Shown piece after piece: positions 36,632 through 46,366 of a DNA stretch of 64,000 bases. Where the stretch lies: contig CAIRNR010000007.1 of assembly GCA_903879985.1 (NCBI GenBank), positions 151,665 to 215,664 on the forward strand, written 5' to 3'. The position numbers and the translations under genes are program-made. Numbering within the stretch: position 1 is the first letter of the stretch; every line of letters starts with the position of its first letter. The notes beneath the pieces are model-generated. The model had not been told where the DNA came from and made no database searches. It was given only the letters and a program-made list of their open reading frames with translations. This DNA comes from an uncultured candidate division WWE3 bacterium (GTDB lineage: Bacteria > Patescibacteriota > WWE3 > UBA101185 > UBA10185).

Positions 36632-38242
36632 CTAATACTCCTTATTAACTTTTAACAACAAAGTAAAAAACTTAACTCCATTTATATTATAACTAAAGTT
36701 CTTAATAACTTCTAAATATGGTCGTTTATCTATATCTAATGTCGTGCTTGTATTATGCTCGTTTGTTAACAATAGATAGTCATACCCCCGAGCTTTTAGT
36801 TTAGACAACTCGATATTTTTATTTGCCTCAATGTAATAATACTCCCCATGCAAGCTTGATCCTGTACCCGAGCTAAGATCTTTATCGTTGAGATACCAGT
36901 CGGCAACGCTACTTTTATCGTTATATCCCACAAAGCCTGTAACATTAGCTGCTGTATATTCCGAGGCTTCTTTAATAGACAGATACAAATCCTTATGCAA
37001 ATACACAGGGGATAACGCCCAAACCAACGAGCTTATACACACAAACAGAGCGAAAGCTTTAAATTGCTTTTTATATATAAAGTAAATCACCGGTATCTGA
37101 AGTAAGATCACCGCGAGCAAGAATTCTTTTTGAATAAGCACAAACTGCAGTTTTAAATAAAATCGCACCAAAGGCACAAGAATTAGTAATAAAAATAATG
37201 GCGACAACCCAATAAGGTCTTTTAAAACAAACTTTTTTTGTGAAGTTTCAAAATGTTTTTCCAGGGCAAGCGTTAATGGTATAAGCAAAAACGGCAATAT
37301 CGGAATAAACAAACGGGGTAAAGCCGCGGGCCAGAATAAAATTAAAGTAAGTTCCAAGGCCACAAATGCAAAAATACCAGGGTTTTCTAGCAAAGTTTTA
37401 AGTGTGCCCTTAATATCTTTAATAAAAAAGAATCCCGCCGAGGTAAACCCGAACAAATAAACCAGAGAAGCTAAAAATATTAAAACCATTTCAATGTTGT
37501 AAACGCGACCCCCCGGTTCTTCAAAGTAACTTGAATTAAGCGGGTTTCTAAAAACCCAAAAACGTATTACAACGACTGCTACGCCAATGCCATAAGCAAA
37601 AAGAGTAACAAAATTGTTTTTAAGGTATTCAACTATTTTGGTAAAGAAGTCTTTAAAGGTCTTTAGGTTTCTGTAAAAAATTCCAACAAATATTGCCAAC
37701 GATAAAAAATAACCTTCAAAACGAACCCAAACCGACAAACCGCAAATTAAACCTAAAACTAGAGCCTGCGTTACACTTATTTTTTCTTTCCATCGCGTGA
37801 GCAAGTAAAACGCTAGCAAAACAAAAAACATAAACGGCACATCAGCATATATACGTAAGGACCAGTAGAATAATACAGGATTTAAGCAAAACAAAGCTAA
37901 GGTTAACTTACGATACTTTTCGTTTTTAATAAAAAGTCTTGTGATTTTTTCGAACAAAAACAAAGATAAAATACTAAAAACCAGCAACACTGCTCGACCA
38001 AAGAAAATTTGGTCAACAGGCGCGGGACGTGTTGCAAGAATAGCTGAAAACAACGGAGGGCGTTTTTCGTCAACGGGATATGTTCCCAGCCTAATATACT
38101 CAGAAGCACGTAGAATTCTGTAGGAATCACCCCACTCTGCAGCATTTATGTTAAAAAATAATATGTGCAGAAGGATGAATCCGGCGTAGAGCAAACCGTA
38201 AAACAGTTGTTGATTAAATGTAATTCTTTTTAGCAAAGACAT
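36632..38242 (-). CDS. GT-C glycosyltransferase (PMT_2-like)
   Basis: WGDSY first loop, KRPPLF, NP, YAD and RFEG motifs; polytopic. Start moved to the ATG at 38242. Confidence 0.75.
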   Translation of the reverse strand: MSLLKRITFNQQLFYGLLYAGFILLHILFFNINAAEWGDSYRILRASEYIRLGTYPVDEKRPPLFSAILATRPAPVDQIFFGRAVLLVFSILSLFLFEKITRLFIKNEKYRKLTLALFCLNPVLFYWSLRIYADVPFMFFVLLAFYLLTRWKEKISVTQALVLGLICGLSVWVRFEGYFLSLAIFVGIFYRNLKTFKDFFTKIVEYLKNNFVTLFAYGIGVAVVVIRFWVFRNPLNSSYFEEPGGRVYNIEMVLIFLASLVYLFGFTSAGFFFIKDIKGTLKTLLENPGIFAFVALELTLILFWPAALPRLFIPILPFLLIPLTLALEKHFETSQKKFVLKDLIGLSPLFLLLILVPLVRFYLKLQFVLIQKEFLLAVILLQIPVIYFIYKKQFKAFALFVCISSLVWALSPVYLHKDLYLSIKEASEYTAANVTGFVGYNDKSSVADWYLNDKDLSSGTGSSLHGEYYYIEANKNIELSKLKARGYDYLLLTNEHNTSTTLDIDKRPYLEVIKNFSYNINGVKFFTLLLKVNKEY

Positions 38243-39413
38243 ATATTTGATCGATTTCCTGAGCTCTTCTTTCCCACGCATACAAAGAAACTATTTTATT
38301 AACATCTACTTTTCTTGGATGTTCAACCATATCAATAATTCTCTTTGCGATTTCTACGGGGTCAAGATTATCTTTGTCCAGATAACTTAAACCTTCAACT
38401 TCTTCTGAAAGTTTAAAACCCGAGACTAAACAAGGTATTCCACAAGCTAATCCCTGCATAACAGCCTTTGGTAATCCTTCCCATGCTGAAGGTAAAACAA
38501 ACACGTCTGATATTTGATAGGTAATAGGAACTTGAGGATATGGTGTGTAACCTGTGCGCATAACGCGAGACTCCAAACCTTTTTCCTTAATTTGTTCGTT
38601 AAGCTTTTCCATGTAAGAATCATCGCCAGAACCGGACAACAGTAATTTGTAATGTGGTGGGAAAAGAGCTGCGGCATCAATCAACAAATTAATGTTTTTT
38701 CTCTCGTTTAAAACACCGTGGTTCAAAATAATTTTATCGTATTCGTCTAAATCTAAGTCATGTCGGGATTTTGATCTTTCCTCAATAGTTACAGGATGAA
38801 AGATTTCAGTATTAACGCCGGTCTCAACCAAAAAGCAGCGACTTGGGTTTGCGCCATAATATTTAATTGCTTCCTGTCGGTTAGAATCACTTACAAAGAT
38901 ACAAGCGGCTGCAGCTTCAACGGCTTTTTTATCTGAGAATACTGCCATAGGCCAACCAACTTTTTTTGAGCCTTCTTTAATTGTTTTATTCTTTTCGATA
39001 AAAGCTGCCCAACGTCCCATGGCCGTGTTATGAAAATGAACAACTAAAGGAGTTTTAAGTTCGTCTGACCAAGGCATAAACTTCTTAAGAAATGCACGAT
39101 ATGTATAAATCCAAATTCCAAAATGGCCATGAGAATGAATAACATCACAAGTATTTCTTTTTCTCCACCAAAGATATTTGAAAAAAAGCAAAACTGAACT
39201 GGTAAAGAAAATTGTGTTAGGCAAAGGCTCACGAATTATTGGAATAACATTTACACCTTTTGGGCGCACAATTCTTCCGGCTTTTGGCCAATAGCCACAT
39301 AAAATATCAATTTGATGTCCCAACTTTACTTGAGCTACAGTAATTTCATAAGGATGTGGAGCTAAACCCTGCCAAGGCTCCGGCCAGTCATATACGATGC
39401 GTAATATTTTCAT
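38214..39413 (-). CDS. Glycosyltransferase family 4
   Basis: DVIHSH, RKN and PSAWEGLPKAVMQGLACG motifs. Confidence 0.9.
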   Translation of the reverse strand: MKILRIVYDWPEPWQGLAPHPYEITVAQVKLGHQIDILCGYWPKAGRIVRPKGVNVIPIIREPLPNTIFFTSSVLLFFKYLWWRKRNTCDVIHSHGHFGIWIYTYRAFLKKFMPWSDELKTPLVVHFHNTAMGRWAAFIEKNKTIKEGSKKVGWPMAVFSDKKAVEAAAACIFVSDSNRQEAIKYYGANPSRCFLVETGVNTEIFHPVTIEERSKSRHDLDLDEYDKIILNHGVLNERKNINLLIDAAALFPPHYKLLLSGSGDDSYMEKLNEQIKEKGLESRVMRTGYTPYPQVPITYQISDVFVLPSAWEGLPKAVMQGLACGIPCLVSGFKLSEEVEGLSYLDKDNLDPVEIAKRIIDMVEHPRKVDVNKIVSLYAWERRAQEIDQIYVFAKKNYI

Positions 39414-40643
39414 TTATATATCTTTCTCCTTGTGGAATACCACATCGGAAATTACCTGATCATACTGTTGAATCATATTTTCTAAAGAAAATTCGTTTAG
39501 AGCTTTTATTCTAGCATTCTCTGCCATTTTTTGCCTTAAAGATTGGTTATTTGCCAGTTCTAACAAGCGTAATTTGAAACTTTCGATATCATCTTGGCGA
39601 ACTACAAAACCTGTTTCGCCATTAATGACAGCATCGGGAACTCCACCTAGGCCAAAAGCAACTATAGGCAAGGAAGCCAACATAGCTTCGACTAAAACCA
39701 TTGGAAAACCTTCAATACGCTTGGTTGGGAAAACAAAAATATCAGGATGAGATAAAACGTAATAACTTACAACCTTTGAATAATCTAATTTACCTTTTAA
39801 AACAAGTTTTTTTGACAACCCTGCAGCTTTAACTTTTTCCTTAAACTCATCCAAATATGTTCCCCCACCAACAGCTATTAATTGAAAATTAGAAAATCTT
39901 TTGTCGCTTAAAATGTCAAATAAATAATCAAGACCTTTTTCCTTTGCAATCTGGCCAACGTATAAAAGTTTTATTTTGCTTTCCTCAAAAAAGTCTTCAT
40001 CACCTTTTTGCTGGTTCTCGGGAATAAGCTGTGTGTTTACACCGTTATGAATTACTTTAATCTTGCGCTCATCCACAAAAGTTTCTTCAATTAAAGATTG
40101 CTTAACAGCATTTGAAACAGCCACCACAAGATTTGAACCGTGAACAAAAGAACGCTGTACCGTAAAGAAATTGAGAATGACGTGCGGTAAATCTATGAAT
40201 ATTTTGATTACATCGGTAACGGAATTAATGCTGTTAACTCTGGTTTGAAATTCACCTGACTTAGTTCCGTGAGATATAGAAATAACAGGAATACCAATAT
40301 CTTTTTTTCTATTTATCACAGAAAGTCCGGAAGAACTTTGACTAATAAACAAATTAAATTTTGATTTAGAATTTTCCTGCGCAAAACTTTGCAACAGCAT
40401 GTTATACCAACTATTCTTTTGCCATTGAGTTATTATTGAAAATTTTGGTTTAATACAGTTAACAAATATGTATCTAACACCGTTTTCTGTAATTTCCGTG
40501 TCTTTTACTTCATTTTTTGGTGAAAAAACAACAACTGTATGACCCTTTTTGACCAGGCCCTCACACAATACCCTATTCTGTGTTTCTAATCCGCCAAACC
40601 CTTTGTGAAAAGTAGTAGCTTTAACGCTAACCGCTATGTTCAT
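39414..40643 (-). CDS. Glycosyltransferase family 4
   Basis: GGLE, IHNGV, VGQIAKEKG and EGFPMVLVEAM motifs. Confidence 0.92.
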   Translation of the reverse strand: MNIAVSVKATTFHKGFGGLETQNRVLCEGLVKKGHTVVVFSPKNEVKDTEITENGVRYIFVNCIKPKFSIITQWQKNSWYNMLLQSFAQENSKSKFNLFISQSSSGLSVINRKKDIGIPVISISHGTKSGEFQTRVNSINSVTDVIKIFIDLPHVILNFFTVQRSFVHGSNLVVAVSNAVKQSLIEETFVDERKIKVIHNGVNTQLIPENQQKGDEDFFEESKIKLLYVGQIAKEKGLDYLFDILSDKRFSNFQLIAVGGGTYLDEFKEKVKAAGLSKKLVLKGKLDYSKVVSYYVLSHPDIFVFPTKRIEGFPMVLVEAMLASLPIVAFGLGGVPDAVINGETGFVVRQDDIESFKLRLLELANNQSLRQKMAENARIKALNEFSLENMIQQYDQVISDVVFHKEKDI

Positions 40644-40645
40644 GA

Positions 40646-41869
40646 TTATATTGTACTACAAAGCAATTCTTCTAATTTTTTAACATTTTTGTTGAGATCA
40701 AATAATTCTTTGGCTTTTAAACTAGCGTTTGTGGTCAATTTTGTAGCTAAGTCTTTATTCTGAAGTACCGTTTTAAGGGCCTCAGCCAGCTTTTGAGAGT
40801 CTTTTTGAGGCACCAACAAACCTGTTTCGTTATTTACAATTAAATCAGTGGTACTGCCCGAATCTGTTGAAACCATAGGAACTTTATAAAAAGCACCCTC
40901 AACTAAAACATTCGGAATACCATCGGCATCGCCACTTTCGGCTGTAATGCCCGGAAATGCGACAACGTCTGCCATTAAGTAGCACTTTTCTATTTCGCTG
41001 TATACCACACCCTGGCCATCTCCTAAAATCTTAACTGTGCTCTCAAGATGTTTGTCAGCAATAAGTTTCATTATTTCGGCATAAGCCTCGGGAGTACCAC
41101 CACCTGCGATGTACAAATAATGGTCCACACCGGAGTCTATTAATATTTTAGAAGCTTCTATCAAATACTTTTGTCCTTTTTTCTCTACCAACCGTCCGAC
41201 ATTAAAAATTAATGGTTTGTCCAGCTTTTTTACTTCAGCTAAAGCTTCCCCAGACTGCAACTCTTTTCCAAAATCAATTCCGTGAAACTGCAAAAACACC
41301 TTTGACTGTAAAGACTTATCTAACTTATTCAAAACAAAGTTGTAGGCATTTCTGTTACAAATAACAATAAACTTTGCCGTTTTTGCCTTTTCCTGCAAAT
41401 ATTCACCTTCTACTAAAATATCTATAGCGTGTCCGGAAATTGCGTAGGGTATGCGTAAAATTGCAGAAACCAACATTATCAAGGTTGAAGGATACGACAA
41501 AAAATGTACAAAAATAATATCCGGGTTAAAATCTTTTATTTTACGAGCAAAACCTACAGCTTTTATAAGAGTATAAATTTTGCCAAATGAAAAAGGTGTT
41601 GATTTTAATAAAGAATAAGCTCGTAGAATTCGGGGTAAGTAATCAAACCACATTGGAAACGAAAGTAACAAGTCCAAAACATTTAACTTGTAATAACTAA
41701 CCTTATCCACCAAATTCGGCGATACCATACCTTGACCCTTTTCTAAAGAAAGAATCTTGATATCTAGTACCGCCGATTCGGTCATTTTCGATATTTCACG
41801 ATCGATAAAAGTTTCCGAAAGTACAGGAAACTTTGGTACAAAGACTAATACTTTTTTCTTAATGTCCAT
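40646..41869 (-). CDS. Glycosyltransferase family 4 (WcaL/AmsK-like)
   Basis: FPVLSETFI, HAIDI, VGRLVEKKG and GDADGIPNVLVE motifs. Start is approximate. Confidence 0.9.
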   Translation of the reverse strand: MDIKKKVLVFVPKFPVLSETFIDREISKMTESAVLDIKILSLEKGQGMVSPNLVDKVSYYKLNVLDLLLSFPMWFDYLPRILRAYSLLKSTPFSFGKIYTLIKAVGFARKIKDFNPDIIFVHFLSYPSTLIMLVSAILRIPYAISGHAIDILVEGEYLQEKAKTAKFIVICNRNAYNFVLNKLDKSLQSKVFLQFHGIDFGKELQSGEALAEVKKLDKPLIFNVGRLVEKKGQKYLIEASKILIDSGVDHYLYIAGGGTPEAYAEIMKLIADKHLESTVKILGDGQGVVYSEIEKCYLMADVVAFPGITAESGDADGIPNVLVEGAFYKVPMVSTDSGSTTDLIVNNETGLLVPQKDSQKLAEALKTVLQNKDLATKLTTNASLKAKELFDLNKNVKKLEELLCSTI

Positions 41870-43235
41870 TTCCATTAGTTAAGAATGCCGATCTTTGATC
41901 AGATTTTCTGGAGTCAATTTTTTCTACTCCATTTGTTCTTTTTCCAATAGCAAAATAAGTATAACCGGATTTTTGAACAGCTTCTTTATCTAACATGTTT
42001 CTACCATCAAAAATTATTGGCTCCTTTAATAAACTCTTTACTTTTTCAAGATCAATTCCTGAAAATTCTTTCCATTCGGTTAATATGAACAAAGCATCAG
42101 CGCCTTCCATTGTTTCGTAAGAACTTTTGCAATATTCAACAGATACATCACCCAATACTTTTTTAGCGTTATCCATAGCTTCTGGATCGTAAACTTTAAG
42201 TTTAGCGCCCATACCGCGAAGCAACTTAACGATTTCAATAGAAACGGATTCTCTAATATCGTCGGTGTCACCTTTAAAGGCTAAACCTAAAACTGCGAGT
42301 GTTTTGCCACTCAAGTTTTTACCTAACAATCGTGTGACTTTAAATACAAAATGATCTTTTTGAGCTTTGTTAACTTCCATAACTCCTCGGAGCAAACTAA
42401 AGTCATAGTCCTGGTCAGTTGATGTTTTATACAAAGCGGCTACGTCCTTTGGGAAGCAACTTCCACCGTAACCAATTCCTGCGTTCAAAAAAGCTGGGCC
42501 AACTCGGCGATCTAAACCCATACCTTTTGCAACTGTACAAACGTCGGCACCGGCACGTTCGCATAACTGAGCCATCTCGTTGATAAAGGTAATTTTTGTA
42601 GCTAAAAATCCATTTGAAGCGTACTTAATCATTTCTGCAGAACGTAAATCACAAGCAACGATTGGTTTTCCAAGATGCGTGTACAAACGAGTCATAACTT
42701 CTAATGCTTTTGCTGTTTCTGTACCTACAACTGTTCTATCAGGAACTTTCATATCATCAACAGATGAACCTTCTCTTAAAAATTCCGGATTTGAAGCAAC
42801 ATCAAACTCCATACCTTCTTTAGCGTTGGCTCTGATAATAGTTTTAACTTTTTCATTTGTTCCAACAGGAACTGTACTTTTTGTAACAATAACTTTGTAA
42901 CCTGTTAAGTTTTTTCCTATTTCTTCTGCTACTTCCCAAACCGCGGATAAATCGGCGGCGCCGGTTTCACTTTGAGGGGTTCCAACGCAAACAAAAACTA
43001 TTTCGGCGTCTTTAATACCGTCGGCAACTGAGGTCGTAAAAGTTAAACGATTTTCCTTAATATTATTCAAAACAATTTCAGAAAGACCTGGCTCGTAAAT
43101 TGGCATATCTCCAGCTTTAATTCTTTCTATTTTTGAGGCATCTTTATCTACACCAATTACTTCATTGCCCCAGTCAGAAAATATAGCGGCTCCTACTAAA
43201 CCAACGTATCCGGTTCCAATTACACATAACTTCAT
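41859..43235 (-). CDS. ugd: UDP-glucose 6-dehydrogenase
   Basis: GTGYVG, KSTVPVGT, SNPEFLREG, GGSCFPKD and GLAFKGDTDDIRES motifs. Confidence 0.95.
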   Translation of the reverse strand: MKLCVIGTGYVGLVGAAIFSDWGNEVIGVDKDASKIERIKAGDMPIYEPGLSEIVLNNIKENRLTFTTSVADGIKDAEIVFVCVGTPQSETGAADLSAVWEVAEEIGKNLTGYKVIVTKSTVPVGTNEKVKTIIRANAKEGMEFDVASNPEFLREGSSVDDMKVPDRTVVGTETAKALEVMTRLYTHLGKPIVACDLRSAEMIKYASNGFLATKITFINEMAQLCERAGADVCTVAKGMGLDRRVGPAFLNAGIGYGGSCFPKDVAALYKTSTDQDYDFSLLRGVMEVNKAQKDHFVFKVTRLLGKNLSGKTLAVLGLAFKGDTDDIRESVSIEIVKLLRGMGAKLKVYDPEAMDNAKKVLGDVSVEYCKSSYETMEGADALFILTEWKEFSGIDLEKVKSLLKEPIIFDGRNMLDKEAVQKSGYTYFAIGKRTNGVEKIDSRKSDQRSAFLTNGNGH

Positions 43236-43984
43236 AAGTTATATTTTCCTTTCATATAATTAAACTTAATTAAAATTAAATCCTTAACCATTTTGATAGA
43301 ATCTGAGATTGCACTTAACCTGGTAGTTTTAACATATGTCCAAACAACAGGAACATCTTTAACTTTGTAACCCATTTTTTTGGCTAAATATAAAACCTCT
43401 ACATCAAATGCTCCAAAGTAAGCGCGATCAAGTACTTTTGCCTCTTCTCCATATATTCTTAATCTAGAAAATATCTTTCTTGCTACATCTCCTTTAAAAA
43501 GCTTAAATCCACACTGAGTATCATTGATACCCGGTAACAATAGTATTTGAACTACTAAATTGAAAACGCGACCCATCAAATGTCGGTAAAAAGGCTCACC
43601 AACTCTTTTGGCGCCGTAACCTTCACGTGATGCGATTACAATATCGTAGTCCTGATCAATTACCCAAATAGAAAGTTTTTTTAATTCCTGAATTGGTGCA
43701 GAAAGATCTGCGTCACAAATATATACATACTTACCTTTTGACTGAGTAACACCAGTCCAAAGTGTAGGTCCCTTTCCTTTGTGTAGATTTTTTATTAATA
43801 CTATTTCGGGGTTAAGTCTGGCATATTCTTCAATAATTACAGCGCTGGTATCTTTACTACCATCATCAACAGTTATTATTTCGAAACTGGTAGAAAAGCC
43901 ACGCATGAAATTTAGAATTTGTGTAAGAGAAGCTGTTATTTTGTCTGACTCATTAAATACAGGTATAACGATTGAATATTCCAT
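43232..43984 (-). CDS. GT2, dolichyl/polyprenyl-phosphate beta-glucosyltransferase-like (ALG5-like)
   Basis: IPVFNE, VDDGS, KGKG, DADLS, DTQCGFKLF and FDVE motifs. Confidence 0.9.
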   Translation of the reverse strand: MEYSIVIPVFNESDKITASLTQILNFMRGFSTSFEIITVDDGSKDTSAVIIEEYARLNPEIVLIKNLHKGKGPTLWTGVTQSKGKYVYICDADLSAPIQELKKLSIWVIDQDYDIVIASREGYGAKRVGEPFYRHLMGRVFNLVVQILLLPGINDTQCGFKLFKGDVARKIFSRLRIYGEEAKVLDRAYFGAFDVEVLYLAKKMGYKVKDVPVVWTYVKTTRLSAISDSIKMVKDLILIKFNYMKGKYNL

Positions 43985-45124
43985 TTATTTAGATTTCCTC
44001 CAGATTATTTTACTATACATAGTAAAGTTCCAGATTAAGCCAAAAAGTACGCCAATTACAAAAGCTACGTTTGAAACGATAAATGTATTTCCAAAGGAAG
44101 CGGTTGCAATACCTACTAACTTTGAACGAATAAGTATCGGAACAAACGATACAACAACATAGAGTATCCAGCTTATCACCTTTTTGGTCATTCCTTCAAG
44201 TTTTCTTTCTTTAAAAGACCAATAGTTGTTTAACAAAAATGTTGTAATCATTGCGATTGTGCCTGACGTAAGTGCTGCGTAGTTAGAACTTAACAAGGTA
44301 ACACGTAATATGTTAAATAGTCCGGTATCAACAAATAGCCCTGTAAAACCTACAATACAAAATTTTAAAAAGTTTGGACTCATTAATGCAGTAACTTTTT
44401 TTCCAAAACGTAAAGTTAGAACAACTCGAAGTGAATCCATAAAATTATTGTTTTCCATTTTAGAGTTTCCGCGATCACGTAATCCAAATATAATTGGAAC
44501 TTCTTTAATTTTTGCACCTAGTTTATGCATTCTAAACAAAAGATCAATTTTGTAAGCAAAACCACCTGACAAAATATTATCGAGATCCAATTTATCTACA
44601 AAACCTTGAACGCGAGATGCTTTAAAACCCGAAGTAAAATCGTTAACGCTAAAAATACCTAAAACCATCTTTGAAAAAATATTTCCGCCAACACTTAAAA
44701 ATTTTCTATAGAGCGACCAGTCCTGTGGAATTCCACCGCCCTTTGTGAAGCGCGAGCCAATAACATAGTCATAACCTTGGGAAAATGGTTCTACGAGGCG
44801 TATAACATCTTTAGGATCATGTTGAAAGTCGGCATCCATCTCAACTAACACATCCGGTGATAAATTTCTCATGGCGTATTTAAAACCAAACGCATAAGCA
44901 GCACCAAGGCCAGCTTTTTTTTCTTCCATTAATAAATGTACAAAAGGATAGAGTGATTGTTTTTGTTTCACAACTTCAGCGGTACCATCAGGAGAATTTC
45001 CCTCAACAACCAAAACATGAAACTCGTTTGCTGGGTTTTGTTTAAACTCTTGTGCTAATGCTTCTATCATGAGGCCGATGTTCTCTGCCTCATTATATGT
45101 AGGTATAACAATAACAATCTTCAT
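43985..45124 (-). CDS. Polyprenol-phosphate mannose synthase-like GT2 fused to a GtrA flippase domain
   Basis: IPTYNEAEN, SPDGT, GLGAAY, EMDADFQHDP and DFTSGF motifs; C-terminal KFCIVG...FLLNNYWSF 4-TM GtrA pattern. Confidence 0.9.
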   Translation of the reverse strand: MKIVIVIPTYNEAENIGLMIEALAQEFKQNPANEFHVLVVEGNSPDGTAEVVKQKQSLYPFVHLLMEEKKAGLGAAYAFGFKYAMRNLSPDVLVEMDADFQHDPKDVIRLVEPFSQGYDYVIGSRFTKGGGIPQDWSLYRKFLSVGGNIFSKMVLGIFSVNDFTSGFKASRVQGFVDKLDLDNILSGGFAYKIDLLFRMHKLGAKIKEVPIIFGLRDRGNSKMENNNFMDSLRVVLTLRFGKKVTALMSPNFLKFCIVGFTGLFVDTGLFNILRVTLLSSNYAALTSGTIAMITTFLLNNYWSFKERKLEGMTKKVISWILYVVVSFVPILIRSKLVGIATASFGNTFIVSNVAFVIGVLFGLIWNFTMYSKIIWRKSK

Positions 45125-45127
45125 ATA

Positions 45128-45385
45128 TCAAATGTTTAGGGCAAAAAAGAGCAGTAAAAATATCAAAAAACCAAAAAGAATATACTCAAAGAAAATCGAC
45201 TTTGTAAGCCGAGATTCTAACGCATGATGAATTATACCCCATATAGCATAAAAACCAGAACTAATTCCAAATAGAACCATTAAAGCATTCTTCTCAAAAC
45301 GCAAATAGTAAAAAGCAGCTAGCAAAATAGTTGATGCTATTGCTAAGACAGCGTATTCAGCGATGTGACGAGCTTTTTCAGTCAT
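45128..45385 (-). CDS. Small 3-TM hypothetical membrane protein (WGIIHH motif)
   Basis: 85-aa hydrophobic ORF tightly packed between its neighbours (1-3 nt gaps). Confidence 0.8.
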   Translation of the reverse strand: MTEKARHIAEYAVLAIASTILLAAFYYLRFEKNALMVLFGISSGFYAIWGIIHHALESRLTKSIFFEYILFGFLIFLLLFFALNI

Positions 45386-45386
45386 A

Positions 45387-46358
45387 TTAAATAATTAATC
45401 CAGGCCTAAGTACAATCCAGATACTTAATATTACCATAATGAATATGGTGATATGCGCTATAGTATGGCCATTAAGCTTAGCAATACCTTTCTTTCGTGT
45501 ATACCAAATATCCAAAAACAATAGTAGTGTTAAAAATCCGGCAAACGATAACGTTACATATCTTGTTGCTGTTGCTACGTCGATAGCTGGCAAAACTGCA
45601 GGTTGTTTAATATTAACAACGGGTGCCGGTGCGCCTTCGGGCTGCGTGGCTTCACCTGTGGATATAGCAGCTTTACTTAACACATTGTCTTCTTCCTCTA
45701 CTGTTGCGACTTGATGAGGATCTCTGGGACGCCCAAACATTTGAACAACTAATGTAGTTTCATAGCCATCCAAAACACCGTTAACAACAGCAAAGCCAAC
45801 CTCGTCATAATTTGGGCTTAGTAAATTTTCCCGATGTGAAGGTGAGTTATACCAAGCAGTTACAACGTCTTGGGAAGTAGAAAAGTTTTTAGCCAAATTT
45901 TCTCCCGCATAAGTATAGTCATAGTTTTGTTTTAAAATAAAATCCCAAGGTTCACTTCCGCTGGGTGAAACGTGCGCCCAATATTGATCTTTAAACATGT
46001 TTGCAGCTTTCTCCTGTGCGGCTTCTGTTAATTTAGCGTTTACGCGTAACGCAGATAATCCTCGATCGGTTCTCATTTTATTTGAATCTACCAACAAATC
46101 TTTCATGTTAATACTTGAGGCATAACCTAAAACTCCTGGGGCAAACTTTGGAAAGAAACGCAAAGAACCAATAGTCAGCATAATCACCAAACAATAAATA
46201 ACTAAAGCTTTGTTTGATAATAAAGTTGCTCGACGTTTATGTTCAGGATGCGGCAAAAAATGGTATATAAATTGAAACTTATCAATTGATTTCGGGTTTT
46301 TACGCCAATACTTTACTATCGACGGATTTTGTTCTTTTGTTTTGGACAGGAGGGCCAT
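45387..46358 (-). CDS. Membrane-anchored CAP (SCP/YkwD-like) domain protein
   Basis: N..R...GL..L, AAQEKA, YWAH, AGENLA, WYNSPSHRENLL and VQMFG motifs; TM segments at both ends. Confidence 0.92.
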   Translation of the reverse strand: MALLSKTKEQNPSIVKYWRKNPKSIDKFQFIYHFLPHPEHKRRATLLSNKALVIYCLVIMLTIGSLRFFPKFAPGVLGYASSINMKDLLVDSNKMRTDRGLSALRVNAKLTEAAQEKAANMFKDQYWAHVSPSGSEPWDFILKQNYDYTYAGENLAKNFSTSQDVVTAWYNSPSHRENLLSPNYDEVGFAVVNGVLDGYETTLVVQMFGRPRDPHQVATVEEEDNVLSKAAISTGEATQPEGAPAPVVNIKQPAVLPAIDVATATRYVTLSFAGFLTLLLFLDIWYTRKKGIAKLNGHTIAHITIFIMVILSIWIVLRPGLII

Positions 46359-46366
46359 TAGTAATT

